From positions 50,584 to 114,583 of the forward strand of contig CAVUHM010000013.1 in the NCBI GenBank assembly GCA_963741255.1: a stretch of 64,000 nucleotides of DNA, given 5' to 3'. This document shows positions 32,391-44,458 of the stretch, one piece after another (the stretch's first letter is position 1; every line of letters begins with the position of its first letter). Position numbers and translations under genes: made by a program. The DNA is from an uncultured Gammaproteobacteria bacterium. GTDB lineage: Bacteria; Pseudomonadota; Gammaproteobacteria; Steroidobacterales; Rariloculaceae. The notes under the pieces are model-generated. The model was not told where the DNA came from and searched no databases. It worked only from the letters and a program-made list of their open reading frames with translations.

Positions 32391-32559
32391 CGCTTCCTGC
32401 CACGACGGGCGAACGAGGGACTCTGCGGTCGCGCCGGCCGCGGCGACTTCGGGCGTGGCGCTTCGTGTCGAGTTGATCGGAGGCCCCTCTTCGTGGTTCG
32501 TGTTCCTACGAGCTTGAGAGTATGATCCCGCGCTCGGTTTTCAGGCAGACGGCAATCGC

Positions 32560-33126
32560 ATGGCAGTTTACAGCACGAACGAATTCCGGGGCGGAATGAA
32601 GATTCTGCTCGACGGCGATCCCTACGCGATTCTCGAGAACGAATACGTAAAGCCCGGCAAGGGTCAGGCGTTCAATCGTGTGAAGATCCGCAACCTGAAA
32701 ACCGGCCGCGTCACCGAGCGCACGTTCAAGTCCGGCGATACTGCCGAAGCGGCCGACGTCGTCGATCAGGACATGCAGTATCTCTACACCGACGGGCAGT
32801 TCTGGTACTTCATGGTGCCCGATACGTTCGAGCAAGTGACTGCCGGCGAGGCTGCCGTCGCGGATGCGAAGGACTGGATGAAGGAGCAGGAGACCTGCAT
32901 CGTCACGCTGTGGGACGGGGTGCCGCTTTACGTGTTGGCGCCGAAGCAGGTCGACCTGAAGATCGTCGAGACCGATCCCGGCGTGCGCGGCGATACGGCG
33001 ACGGGCGGCCAAAAGCCCGCGAAGCTCGAGACCGGCGCCGTCGTGCGCGTCCCTCTGTTCATCAACGAAGGCGAAGTGATTCGCGTCGACACGCGCTCGG
33101 GCGAGTACGTCTCGCGCGCGAAGTAA
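32560..33126 (+). CDS. efp: Elongation factor P
   Basis: KPGKGQAF (Lys34 type), [18 protein letters not shown]. Confidence 0.98.
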   Translation: MAVYSTNEFRGGMKILLDGDPYAILENEYVKPGKGQAFNRVKIRNLKTGRVTERTFKSGDTAEAADVVDQDMQYLYTDGQFWYFMVPDTFEQVTAGEAAVADAKDWMKEQETCIVTLWDGVPLYVLAPKQVDLKIVETDPGVRGDTATGGQKPAKLETGAVVRVPLFINEGEVIRVDTRSGEYVSRAK

Positions 33127-33135
33127 CCGTCCTCG

Positions 33136-34098
33136 TCAGTCTCCGTGCGCGAAGCTCATCGCCGACACCACGTCGGAGTGCTTCGTCGCGAGCGCGACGA
33201 GTCGATCGAAGCCGAGCGCAACGCCGGCACAGTCCGGTAAGCCGGCCTCGAGCGCCGCGAGAAACTGTTCGTCGAGCGGCGGCGCGGGTTTTTTTTCTAG
33301 GAGTCGCCGGGCCCGCTCCACCTCGAATCGACGCCGCTGCTCGCGCGCATCCGTGAGCTCGTGAAAGCCGTTCGCGAGCTCGATGCCGCCGCTGAACGCT
33401 TCGAACCTCGCCGCGACGGCCGGTGACCCGGGCTTCACTCGCGCGAGCGCCGCTTGGCTTGCCGGATAGTCGTAGACGAACGTCAGCGCCGCGGGATCGA
33501 AGCTCGCGACGACGCGCGTGGCGAACGCGAGGTCGAGCACGGCGTCGTGCGCGAGTCCCTGCGGCACATCGACGCCTTGCGCGGCGAGCCGCCGTTCGAT
33601 TTCCGGTGTCGCGGCGTCGGGTCCCGCGCCGAGGGCTGCGTGCAACGCATCCGCGTAGCGCACGCGAACGTTGCGAATGGAGGTACCGGGCACGGCCGTC
33701 GAGACCACGGCGTCGACGAGCTCGGCGACCTCGCCCATCAGCTTATTTTCATCCCACCCCACGCGATACCACTCGAGCATCGTGAACTCGGGTTGGTGCC
33801 AACGGCCGAGCTCGTCGTCGCGGAATACACGGCAGAGCTGATAGATGTCGCCGCTGCCGGCCGCGAGCAGCCGCTTCATCGCGAACTCGGGCGACGTCTG
33901 AAGGTAGTGCGGCGCCGAGCCGAGGCTCATCACCGTTGCGGCGACGCTCACTATCGCGGGATCCGTGACACCGGCCGGCGAGAGGGCCGGCGTTTCGACC
34001 TCGAGAACGCCGCGTTGCGCGAAAAACGCGCGGACGGTGGTCAGCATCGCCGCGCGTTGCCGCAAGGTTGCGAGGGGCGCGGACAGTCGGTACGGCAT
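33136..34098 (-). CDS. epmA: EF-P lysine aminoacylase EpmA
   Basis: LQTSPEFAMKRLL, HQPEFTMLEWYR, ELANGFHEL, GVALGFDRL. Confidence 0.95.
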   Translation of the reverse strand: MPYRLSAPLATLRQRAAMLTTVRAFFAQRGVLEVETPALSPAGVTDPAIVSVAATVMSLGSAPHYLQTSPEFAMKRLLAAGSGDIYQLCRVFRDDELGRWHQPEFTMLEWYRVGWDENKLMGEVAELVDAVVSTAVPGTSIRNVRVRYADALHAALGAGPDAATPEIERRLAAQGVDVPQGLAHDAVLDLAFATRVVASFDPAALTFVYDYPASQAALARVKPGSPAVAARFEAFSGGIELANGFHELTDAREQRRRFEVERARRLLEKKPAPPLDEQFLAALEAGLPDCAGVALGFDRLVALATKHSDVVSAMSFAHGD

Positions 34099-34102
34099 CC
34101 GA

Positions 34103-34951
34103 TCAGGACCGCGCGAGCGTACCGATCGCTTGACCCATGCGCACCGCGGTGCCGTTTTCGATCGACGACGCAAACGTGAACGCGCGCGCGCCGAGCAGCA
34201 CGATGACGGTCGAGCCCATGTTGAACCGCCCGATCTCGTCGCCGGCGCCGACGCGACGCGGTGGCTCCTCGTGCCACTCGCGCGGCGCGCCGCTGACGAT
34301 TTCCCCGCGCGTGAACGTGCTGATGCTCGAGACGTTCAGCGCACCGACGAACACGACGACCATCGGCCCGCGCTCGGTCTCGAACCAGCAGATCGCGCGC
34401 TCGTTGCGGCAAAAGAGGCGCGGAATAGCAGCGGCCGTCGCGCGGCTGACGCTGAAGCGAGCGCCGGGCACGTAGCGCGTTCGAGTCAAGGCTCCCGCCA
34501 ACGGTGCGTGGACGCGGTGATAGTTGTGCGGCGCGAGATAGATCGTGAAATACGTGCCGCCGCCGAGCGCGACGACGTCGGCGCCGGTCTCGCCGAGCAG
34601 CTCCGCGAGTGAGTAAGCGTGGCCCTTGGCCTGAAACAGACGATCGCCGTCGATCGATCCGTGCTCGGTCAGCACGCCATCGGCGGGAGCGACGAGAGCG
34701 CCCGGTGCTTGGTCGATCGCGCGCGCGCCGGCCGCGAGCTCGCGCGTGAAGAACTCGTTGAACGTCGCGTAGCTGTCGAGATCGGAGCTCGCGGCCTCGG
34801 TGAGATCGACGCGATAGGTGCGCGCGAACCATCGCAAGAGCGGACGTTTCAGCCACGGCCGCCGCGAGCGCGTGGCGCGGTACACGACCGCGGACATGGC
34901 GTTCTTCGGTAACAGGTGTTGCGTGAGCCACACCCAGGTCGGGGAGGTCAT
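34103..34951 (-). CDS. psd: Phosphatidylserine decarboxylase proenzyme
   Basis: FNEFFTR, YLAPHNYHRVH, RNER, GRFNMGST self-cleavage site. Confidence 0.95.
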   Translation of the reverse strand: MTSPTWVWLTQHLLPKNAMSAVVYRATRSRRPWLKRPLLRWFARTYRVDLTEAASSDLDSYATFNEFFTRELAAGARAIDQAPGALVAPADGVLTEHGSIDGDRLFQAKGHAYSLAELLGETGADVVALGGGTYFTIYLAPHNYHRVHAPLAGALTRTRYVPGARFSVSRATAAAIPRLFCRNERAICWFETERGPMVVVFVGALNVSSISTFTRGEIVSGAPREWHEEPPRRVGAGDEIGRFNMGSTVIVLLGARAFTFASSIENGTAVRMGQAIGTLARS

Positions 34952-35571
34952 GCGCCGGGAGGGGTGCCGACCTGATGGCGCCGACGTAGCTTAAGGAAAT
35001 CGGACGCGATGATCTTTGGGTCGTGGGGAGCCGTCGTCACGGCGATCCAATCGGCATTCGGATCGAGCACATAGATCGCGGAGTTGTGCACGACGTTGTA
35101 ATTCGACCCGCCATGCTCGTGCTTCTCCACCGCGACACCGAGCGCCGCCAGCAATGGCGCGAGGGCATCGTCCGGCGCCGTCACGCCCAAAAACTCGGAA
35201 TCGAAGTTGTCGAGATACCTGGCGATACGCTCGGGCGTATCGCGGTTCGGATCGACGCTGACGAACACGACGCGGGGCGCGAGGTTCGGAGCGCGGGCGA
35301 CGATCTCGGCCTTCGCGGTCGCCAAGACCTGCAAGGTCAGCGGACAGACGTCGGGGCAGTTCGTGAAGCCGAAGAAAAGCAGCGAGAAACCGCCTTCGAG
35401 GTCGCTCAAGCTCATGGCTTGACCGGTCTCGTCGACGAAGCTTACGTCGCCGAGCTCGCGCGGCGTGGGCAGCACGGTCGCAGTTTGCGGCGGCGCGCCG
35501 CGCTCGCCGCGCGGCAATAGGAACATCGCCGCGACGAGCACGACCAACGCGACGACGATGATTCGCAGCAT
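34948..35571 (-). CDS. SCO1/SenC family copper chaperone
   Basis: N-terminal TM, FFGFTNCPDVCP, VSVDPNRDTP, conserved His (VVHNS). Confidence 0.92.
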   Translation of the reverse strand: MLRIIVVALVVLVAAMFLLPRGERGAPPQTATVLPTPRELGDVSFVDETGQAMSLSDLEGGFSLLFFGFTNCPDVCPLTLQVLATAKAEIVARAPNLAPRVVFVSVDPNRDTPERIARYLDNFDSEFLGVTAPDDALAPLLAALGVAVEKHEHGGSNYNVVHNSAIYVLDPNADWIAVTTAPHDPKIIASDFLKLRRRHQVGTPPGA

Positions 35572-35674
35572 TCCGCCAAGCACGTGGCGATTATCGCACA
35601 CGCTGCGCGCGGGCATGGATGCCCGCGGTAGAGCAATGCAGGGAGCAATTGCCGAGGGTTATCATGCGCGCCGC

Positions 35675-36581
35675 ATGGACCTGACCGAGCTTTCGGAACG
35701 ACTGCGCGCGGCGCCGAATTGCGACGCTTGGATCGCCGTGGCCGCCGGGCTACTTCGACCAGCACGGCGTGGTCTTCGGACACGGGACCGACAACGCCAG
35801 CGACGAAGCGTATTGGCTGTTGCGGCATCTGACGGGCTGGGCCGACGTGGACTGGAACGCCCCGCCCGCGCCGGATACGAGCTCGCGCGCGATCGGGCTC
35901 GCGCGCCGCCGCGTCGAGGAACGCAAGCCGCTGGCCTATCTGCTCCGAGAAGCGTGGTTCGCGGGCCTGAAGTTCGGCGTCGACGAGCGCGTGCTCGTCC
36001 CGCGCTCGCCGCTCGCGGAGGTCCTCGAGCGCGGCTTCGAGCCGTGGTGCACGCTGAATCCCGGCGACCGCGTGCTCGACATCGGCACCGGCAGCGGTTG
36101 CATCGCGATTGCCGCGGCTCACTATTGTCCCGATGCCCTCGTGGATGCGACCGACGTCTCGCGCGCCGCGCTCGCGGTGGCCGCGGAGAACGTAGCGCTG
36201 CACGGCGTCGCAGCACGCGTGCGGCTTTTCGAAACAGACTTGTTCCCACCCGGCACCGAGCAGTACCGCGTGATCGTCTCGAACCCGCCGTACGTGCCGG
36301 AGGCGGAAATCGCCGCCCTGCCGCCCGAGTACCGTCACGAGCCCGAGATCGGGCTCGCGAGCGGCCCGACGGGTTTCGCTGCCGCCGAGCGGATCCTGCG
36401 CGGCGCCGCTGAACGGCTCACGTCCGAAGGCGTGCTGTTCCTCGAGGTCGGAGCCGGCGGCAAGGCGTTTGCCGCGGCCCACGCCGGGTTGCCGTTGATC
36501 GCGCTCGAGTTCGAGCGTGGCGGGGACGGGGTTTTCGTCGTGACGGCTGCCGAGATTCGGGAATTCCTTCGCACCACCTAA
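35675..36581 (+). CDS. prmB: Ribosomal protein uL3 glutamine methyltransferase (indel near 35750)
   Basis: FGHGTDNASDEA, VDERVLVPRSPLAE, DIGTGSGC, NPPY; directly upstream of aroC. Confidence 0.92.
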
Positions 36582-36655
36582 GCGCGCATCATTGGCACAA
36601 TGACGGCGCGCGATGAGCGGCTGAGCGCGGCCGCGAGCGCGAATCGGACGGAAAC

Positions 36656-37760
36656 ATGGCTGGCGACACTTACGGACGTTTGTTCACGGTCACGACCTTC
36701 GGCGAGAGCCATGGGCCCGCTTTGGGCTGCGTCGTCGACGGCTGCCCGCCGGGGCTCGCCTTGACGGAAGCCGACATACAGAAGGATCTCGATCGCCGCC
36801 GCCCCGGCCGCTCGCGACACGTGACGCAACGACAAGAGCCGGATCAGATCAAGATCTTGTCGGGCGTCTTCGAGGGGCAGACGACTGGCACTGCAATTGG
36901 CTTATTGATCGAGAACGTCGATCAGCGCAGCGGCGACTACTCGAAGATCAAGGACTCGTTTCGGCCCGGGCATGCCGACTACACGTATCAACAGAAATAT
37001 GGAATCCGCGATTACCGCGGCGGTGGTCGCTCGTCCGCGCGCGAGACTGCGATGCGCGTGGCCGCGGGTGCGATCGCGCGAAAGTACCTCGCCGAACGCC
37101 TCGGCCTGAAGATTCGCGGTTACCTTGCCGAGATCGGGCCGTTCAAGCTGCGCGCGCTCGACCTCGATCACGTCGATGACAACCCATTCTTCTGCGCGGA
37201 TCCCGACAAGCTGCAACAGCTCGAAGTGTTCATGGACGAGCTTCGCGCAGCGGGCGATTCGATCGGCGCTCGCATCAACGTGATTGCCTCGGGAGTGCCG
37301 GTCGGGCTCGGCGAACCCGTGTTCGACAAGCTCGATGGCGAGATCGCAAAGGCGCTGATGAGCATCAACGCGGTCAAAGGCGTCGAGTTCGGCGACGGCT
37401 TCGAGTGCGTGCGGCAACGCGGCAGCGAGCATCGCGACGAGATGACGCCGGACGGCTTCAAGAAGAACTCATCCGGCGGGACGCTGGGTGGGATCTCGAG
37501 CGGCCAGGACATTCTCGTCAGCATCGCGTTGAAGCCGACGTCGAGCATCCAAGAAGCCGGGCGCGACCGTCGACAAAGAGGGGCGCGCCACCGAGATCGT
37601 CACGACGGGGCGTCACGATCCGTGCGTCGGGCTGCGCGCCACGCCGATCGCCGAGGCGATGCTCGCGCTGACGTTGATGGATCATTACCTGCGCCATCGC
37701 GCCCAGAACATGGACGTGCGTTCGGCGGTACCGGTGCTCGGCGCTCGCCAGCAGTCGTAA
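36656..37760 (+). CDS. aroC: Chorismate synthase (indel near 37555)
   Basis: [22 protein letters not shown]; GRHDPCVG...EAM in the shifted frame; stop at 37760. Confidence 0.96.
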
Positions 37761-38080
37761 CGCGGCTCCCCGCGCCCGCGGCCTGCGCCGCGCTCGCGCG
37801 GCCGTCTCCGAGGCGAGTATTATGGTAAGTGGGGCGCCGGGCCAAAGCCCGGATAACGCGAATTCGGAAAGTCGAACGAGAATCACAGTCCAGGTGGGTG
37901 CAAATTGTTAAATTCGCGGCCGGATGTTTCTGGCCGCGCGCTTCATTTCCATGGGCTTTAGGGCGGCCAGTCGACTTTGGTAAAACGATTTTACGTAAGG
38001 TATTGTTCGGTCAGTGATCGTGAGGCTTGCGCCGTTGAAGGGCGGGCGCCGATGGACGGCCGAGTAGCTAGGGAGATTGC

Positions 38081-41000
38081 ATGAGAGCACGGGCACGTTG
38101 GGCCATCGCGCCACTGCTGGCCGCTCCCACAGGGGCATGGGCGTTGGGGCTCGGGGACATCGAGCTCAGGTCGGCGCTGAATCAGCCTTTCCGGGCCGAC
38201 ATCGCATTGTCGGCCACCTCGGATGAATTGCAGAGCCTGCGAATCTCGCTCGCGGGCGCCGACACGTTCGAAAAGTACGGTCTCGATCGCCCGGCTTTCC
38301 TCAGCGCATTCACGTTCCGCGTCGCCACGAACAGTGCCGGCCGAAACGTCATCGAAGTCTCTTCATCGACGTCCGTTGCGGAGCCGTTCGTCACGTTGCT
38401 CGTCGAAGCGACCTGGCCGCGCGGCCGCACGTTGCGCGAGTACACGGTGTTGCTCGACCCGCCGGTGCTGTTGCCGGCTCCGGCGGCCCCGCCGGCAGTG
38501 CAACCCGCCGAGACGAGGACGTCGGGCGGCGCCGGGGGCGGGCAAATCGATCGCCCGGCCCGGACTACCTCACCGGCCCCGACGCCGGAACCCGCCGCAC
38601 CTGCGCGACCCGTGTCTCCGCCGGCCGCGAACGAGCCTGCGCCGGGACCCGTGTCGAATGCGACTTCTTCGTCGTCGGCGCCGCGCCCGCGAGCCGTCGC
38701 TCCGGGCGGCACGTATGGCCCCGTGCAACGGGCCGAGACGCTCTGGGCGATCGCCGAGCGGGCCCGTCCTGCGGACGTCACGATCAATCAGATGATGATC
38801 GCGATCTACCAGGCGAACGCCGCGGCGTTCGGCGGCAACATCAATGTGCTGCGAGCCGGCGCGACGTTGCGGATTCCCGATACCGCGGACCTTTCGACGC
38901 TGACGCGCATCGCGGCCAACGCCGAAGTCCAGCGTCAGACCGACGAGTGGCCGAATCGGCCGCGCCGGGGGCCAGCTGCGTCTCTTGCCGACCGACACGC
39001 CGGTGACGGTGGCACGCAACAGCGAGCCTGCACCGGCGCCCGCGCCGGTCCGCGACGCGGCCCCGCCACCGCGTTCGACCAGTACGGATGCAGCTGCCGC
39101 AGCGGCTGCTGCCTCCGCAGCGGCCGACGCCGAGGAGAGCCGTCGTCTGCTCGAGCTCCGCAACGCGGAGCTGCAGAACCTTCAGCAGCAGGCTGCCGCC
39201 GTCGACGAAACCGAAGTCGCGCCAGAGGACGCGGAGGCTGCGTCGCCCGGTGTCGATCTCGAGAGTGTTTGCCGACGAGGAGCCGGAGGCCGCCGTCGAT
39301 GACGAGCCGGCCGTAACGCCCGCACCGGCGCCCGCGCGGACGCCGGCGGAGCCGGTCGCGAGCGAGCCGTCGCTCGTGTCGCAAGTCATCGACTGGGTGT
39401 TGTCGCCGGTGGTGTTGATTGTGGTCGGCGTCGCGTTGCTGCTCACCGTCGCACTGTGGTTCGTGCGTCGGCGTCGTCAGGAAAACCGAGGACGTGACAC
39501 GGGTCGCTGGGAGGCGCTCGAGTCCGAGATCGACGAGGATCCGCAGATGCGCGACGCCACGGAGCGCATGCGCCGGCAGTTGCCGGAAGAGACGATCGTC
39601 GTCGAGGAGCAGCACGCAGAATCGGTGCGGCCCCGCGCCGAGCCGAGGAGCCGTCTGCGCGCCGCGCCGCGGCCGCTCGCGCCGAGCTGCTCGCCGCCGC
39701 ACGCGCTGCAGCGCCGGCGGACGAGACGTTGTCGAGCCAGACCGTCATCAATCTCGATCAGGCCGACGCGTCGCCGAAGCCGATTTCCACGTCGCCTACG
39801 GCCTCTACGATCAGGCCGCCGAGCTCGTGCAGAAGGCGAGCGAGGCCTCGCCGGATCGTCGCGACCTGAAGCTCAAGCTGCTCGAAGTCTTCTTCGTGTG
39901 GGGCAACAAGGACGCCTTCTTGAAGGCCGCGCAAGGTCTGCGCTGCGAGATCGGGCAGACCGACGACGCGGATTGGGACAAGGTCGTGATCATGGGCCGC
40001 CAGATCTGCCCCGACGAACGGCTGTTCACCGAAGCCACGACGGGCGGTGGGCGCGTCGACGTCGATCTCGAGGCCGGCGATTCGCCGCTCGATCTCGCAT
40101 TCGACGACGCTGCGTCGGCCGACGTCGACGCCGCGGCGAATCGGCGCGGCGCTCGACTTCCATCTCGAAACCTCGGACGAGCGACCCGCTCCGAGGCCGG
40201 CCGCCAAGCCTTCGAAGGCCGCGCCGCCGCGCGACGACATCGCTCGACATCGGCTCCAAGACAGCAGCCGGTCTCGAGGCCGCGCTGTTCGCGCCGATGG
40301 GCGACGATGACGACGACGACCGGGCTCGCACGAGCCCGGACGTCGCAGATGCACTCGCGGTGACGCAGGAGTCGCCGACGATCGAGCGTCCTGGCGCCAG
40401 CGATTGGGCTACGGTCGAGAGCACCGCGCTGCATTCTTCCGACGCGCCGACCGTCGAGACGCCGACGATCGAAAGCCCGGCTGCAGGACTTCCGCGACGG
40501 GCGTGACGAAGACGCTCGCGATCCCGCGGCGCAACGAGTCGCCGACCGTCGAGCAGCCCGCCCTCAGCGCGGCGCCGGCCGAGTATACGGCCGAGATCGA
40601 TCTCGACGACCTCGGGCTCGACGTCAAGGACATCGAAGGTCTGCCCGGCGATCTCGGCGATCTGCCGATGGCCGCCGGCAGTGAGACCGATACTCGCGAG
40701 CAAAAGGCGCTGCGAGACGACGATTCATTGCTGTCCGCGACCGGCGTCACGAAGGTGCTCCACGAGGACGATGACGATTGACCTCGAGCGCCACGTCCGT
40801 GATGGAGGATCAGGACGCGACCATGCTCGCTCCCGGATTCGACGAAGGCACGAGCACGATGACGGGCACGGAGGTGCTCGACAGTCGACTCCGGGTCGAC
40901 GACGAAACCGGCAACACGTCGCTGGTGCGGTCGCTGCGTCCCTCGAAGGACTCGGTCGATCTCGATCTCGCCGATCTGACGGCAGCTCTGCACGGCGCCG

Positions 41001-41307
41001 ATACGGTCGAGCAGCCCGAGGCTCGCAGTTCTCGCGGGACGTGTTCGGCGGCGGCGCGACGCCGCTCGATCTCGACATCGGCAGCGACTCCGCGGTCGCC
41101 GACGACGACCCGACGGGTACCGAGGAGGCGAGCCCGCTCGATCCGCAGACGATGACGGAGGTCGGCACGAAGCTCGACCTCGCGCGCGCGTATATCGACA
41201 TGGGCGACCCCGAAGGTGCGCGCAGCATCCTCGAGGAAGTGCTCGACGAAGGCGATTCGAATCAACGCCGCGAGGCGCAAGGGTTGATCGACGTGTTGAG
41301 CGCGTAG
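38081..41307 (+). CDS. fimV: FimV/HubP polar landmark protein (multiple indels)
   Basis: [26 protein letters not shown], LysM-like ETLWAIA, TM about 39390-39470, acidic tail, [25 protein letters not shown]. Confidence 0.9.
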
Positions 41308-41368
41308 CGCGAGTCTTACCCGGCTGACGCACGGCCGCCTCATGGCGGCCGTTGCGTTTGTGGCCTGG

Positions 41369-42180
41369 GTGGACGCTGACAGGCTATGCCGACGAATCGC
41401 ACTGGGACTCGAGTACGACGGCACCGATTTCGTCGGTTGGCAGATCCAGCCGAACGGGCGCAGCGTCGAGGGCGTGCTCGCGAACGCCGCCAGCTTCGTT
41501 GCCGGCGAACCCGTGATCGTGCATGGCTCCGGACGCACCGACGCCGGCGTGCACGCGCTGCAGCAGGTCGCACATTTCGACACGCGAGTGAACGCGGACG
41601 CCACGCCAGTGGCTGCTCGGCATCAACTCGAATCTGCCGCCCGATGTCGCGGCTCGTTGGGTCGCAAGAAGTGCCGACCGATTTCGACGCGCGCCGCTCG
41701 GCCGTGAGCCGCCGTTATCGTTACACGATCCTGCAGCAAGCCCACACGGCCGGCGCTGCAGCAGGCAACGCGTCTGGTGGCTGCGCGAGCCACTCGATTG
41801 CGCTGCGATGACGGCCGCTGCGGACGCCTGGCTCGGCGAGCACGACTTCTCGTCGTTTCGAGCGGCGGGTTGCCAGGCACGTCGCCGAATGCGTCGGCTG
41901 ATGGCCGTGCGGATCGCGGAGCGGCGGCACGGCCGGACGTGCTCGTGACATTCGAGTTCACGGCGAATGCGTTTCTGCAACACATGGTGCGAAATTTCGT
42001 CGGCACGCTGGTCGCCGATCGGGCGTGGCACGCTGCCGCCCAGCCGATGCCGCCGCGATTCTCGCGCGCCGCGACCGTACGCGAGGCCGGCGTAACGGCG
42101 CCGCCAGCGGGTCTTGCAGCTCGTCGAGGTGGTCTATCCGCTCGCACTACGGCGTGCCGCGGTACGCCGACGAGCCGTGA
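41369..42180 (+). CDS. truA: tRNA pseudouridine(38-40) synthase TruA (multiple indels)
   Basis: [45 protein letters not shown] across frames. Confidence 0.9.
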
Positions 42181-42236
42181 TGCAAGGCCGGTGCTTTCGG
42201 CTATCATTCGACGGTCGCGAGGTCAGCGGGTGGCGT

Positions 42237-43098
42237 ATGAGCTGGTTCGATAAATTGATGCCGTCGCGGATCCGCACCGAGAAGCGCAAGCACTCGGTGC
42301 CGGAGGGGCTGTGGGTCAAGTGCGCGGGTTGCGCCGCGCAGCTGTATCGCGCCGAGCTGAACCGCAATCTGCACGTGTGCCCGAAGTGCGGACACCACCT
42401 GCGCATCGGCGCTCGCGAGCGCCTCGAGATGTTCCTCGATTCCGAGTCCGGTTACGAGCTCGCCGCCAATCTCGAGCCTCAGGACCCGCTGCGCTTCAAG
42501 GACAGCAAGCGCTATCGCGAGCGCTTGAATCTCGCGCAGCGCGAAACAGACGAGCGCGATGCGCTCGTGGTCATGGCCGGCACGCTGAAGGGCATGCCGG
42601 TCGTGGCGGCCGCGTTCGAGTTTCGGTTCATCTCGGGGTCGATGGGCTCCGTCGTCGGCGAGCGGTTCGTGCGCGGGGTCGCGTATTGCATCCAGCACCG
42701 GCGCCCGCTCGTCTGCTTCTCCGCGAGCGGCGGCGCACGCATGCAGGAAGGCGCTGTACTCGCTGCTGCAAATGGCGAAGACCAGCTCGGCGCTGGCGCA
42801 GCTCGCGGCCGACAAGTTGCCGTACGTTTCCGTGATGACCGACCCGACCACGGGCGGTGTGTCGGCGAGCCTCGCGCTGCTCGGCGACATCAACATCGCG
42901 GAGCCAGGCGCGCTGATCTGTTTCGCCGGGCCGCGCGTGATCGAGCAGACGACCGGCGAGACGCTACCCGAAGGGTTCCAGCGGGCCGAGTTCCTGCTCG
43001 AAAAAGGCGCGATCGACATGATTCTCGATCGTCGCCAGGCGCGCGATCAGATCGCGGCGCTGCTCGCGAAGCTCAGCTCCAGGCCGGCGCTGTCCTGA
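42237..43098 (+). CDS. accD: Acetyl-CoA carboxylase carboxyltransferase beta subunit (indel near 42750)
   Basis: [50 protein letters not shown]. Confidence 0.95.
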
Positions 43099-43114
43099 GT
43101 CTCGAGGCTCGCCT

Positions 43115-44458
43115 GTGACGACGTCGCCGCGGCGCGGCTACACGCTCGAGCGTTGGCTCGCGTGGTTCGAGACGCTGCATCCGAAGCGCATCGATCTGAC
43201 GCCTCGATCGGCTCACGGCCGTGCTCGACGAGCTCGAGCTCAAGCCGCCGTCGTTCAAGGTCATCACGGTTGCGGGCACGAACGGCAAGGGTTCGTGCGT
43301 CGCGATGCTCGAGAGCATCTACTGGCACGCCGGCTTCGACGTCGGCACGTTCACGTCGCCGCACCTCTGGCGGTTCAACGAGCGGATCCGCTTCAACGGC
43401 GTCGACGCATCGGACCGGAGCTCATCACGGTGTTCGAGCACGATCGATGTCGACGCTCGGGCCGATCACGCTGTCATATTTCGAGGCATCGTTCGTCGCA
43501 GCGCTCGATCTCTTCACGCGCCGCAAGCTCGACGTCGTCGTCCTCGAGGTCGGCATGGGCGGGCGGCTCGACGCGACGAACACGGTCGACACCGACTGCG
43601 CGCTGATCGTCAGCATCGACCTCGATCACCGGGAGTTCCTCGGCGAGACGCGCGAGGCGATCGGCCGCGAGAAGGCCGGCATCGTGCGGCGCGGCAAGCC
43701 CGTCGTGATCGGCGATCGCGCCGTTCCACAGAGCGTGCTGGACCACGTTGCGGCCGGAGGGCGCGATGCCGCACGTGATCGGCAGGGACTTCGATCTCGC
43801 TCGGCCGGCGCGGGCTGGCGCCGCGCACGCGACACGGACACGGCGCCGACGCTGCCGCTGCCGCCGTTCGGCGGCGAGGAGCAATTCGCCAACGCGGCGG
43901 TCTGCGCCGCAGTCGTCGAGCTGCCTTGGCGGTTCGTTGCCGGTTGCCGATTCGGCACTTGCGGCCGGCATCGCGCACGCGTACTTGCGCGGGCGGCTCG
44001 AGCGCATGATCGTCGATGGAGTCGAGTGGGTGTTCGACGTCGGGCACAACCCCGCCGCGGCGGCGCAACTCGCGCGCTTCGCTCGGCCGGCTGCCGCGGG
44101 CGCGGAGCACGTGGGTCGTCTTCGCCGCGATGCGCGACAAGGACCTCGCCGGAGTCGTCGCAGCCGTTCGTGGCGCGTGGCGGACGGTTGGTTCGTCGCG
44201 CAGGCGAGCAACGATCGCGGCGCGACCGGCGAGGAGCTCGCGGTACCTGCTCGCGAGCCTCGAAGCGCGCGGCGTCGTCGTGGCGAGCAGCGTCGACGGC
44301 CGCGGTCGAACGCGCACGCGCGGCCGCGGCGCAGTCCTACGGATCGCGTCGTCGTCTACGGCTCGTTCGTCACCGTAGGCGCCGCGACCGAAGCGCTTCG
44401 GCTATACTGCGCAGCCTCCCCATTGGTTGACCGACCCGCCACATGGATCAGGGTTTGA
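43115..44458 (+). CDS. folC: Folylpolyglutamate/dihydrofolate synthase (multiple indels)
   Basis: [40 protein letters not shown] across frames. Confidence 0.9.

Noticed and set aside
38460-41160. Pro/Ala-rich and Asp/Glu-rich low-complexity tracts as novel repeats
   Set aside because: These are normal linker and acidic regions of FimV/HubP proteins.
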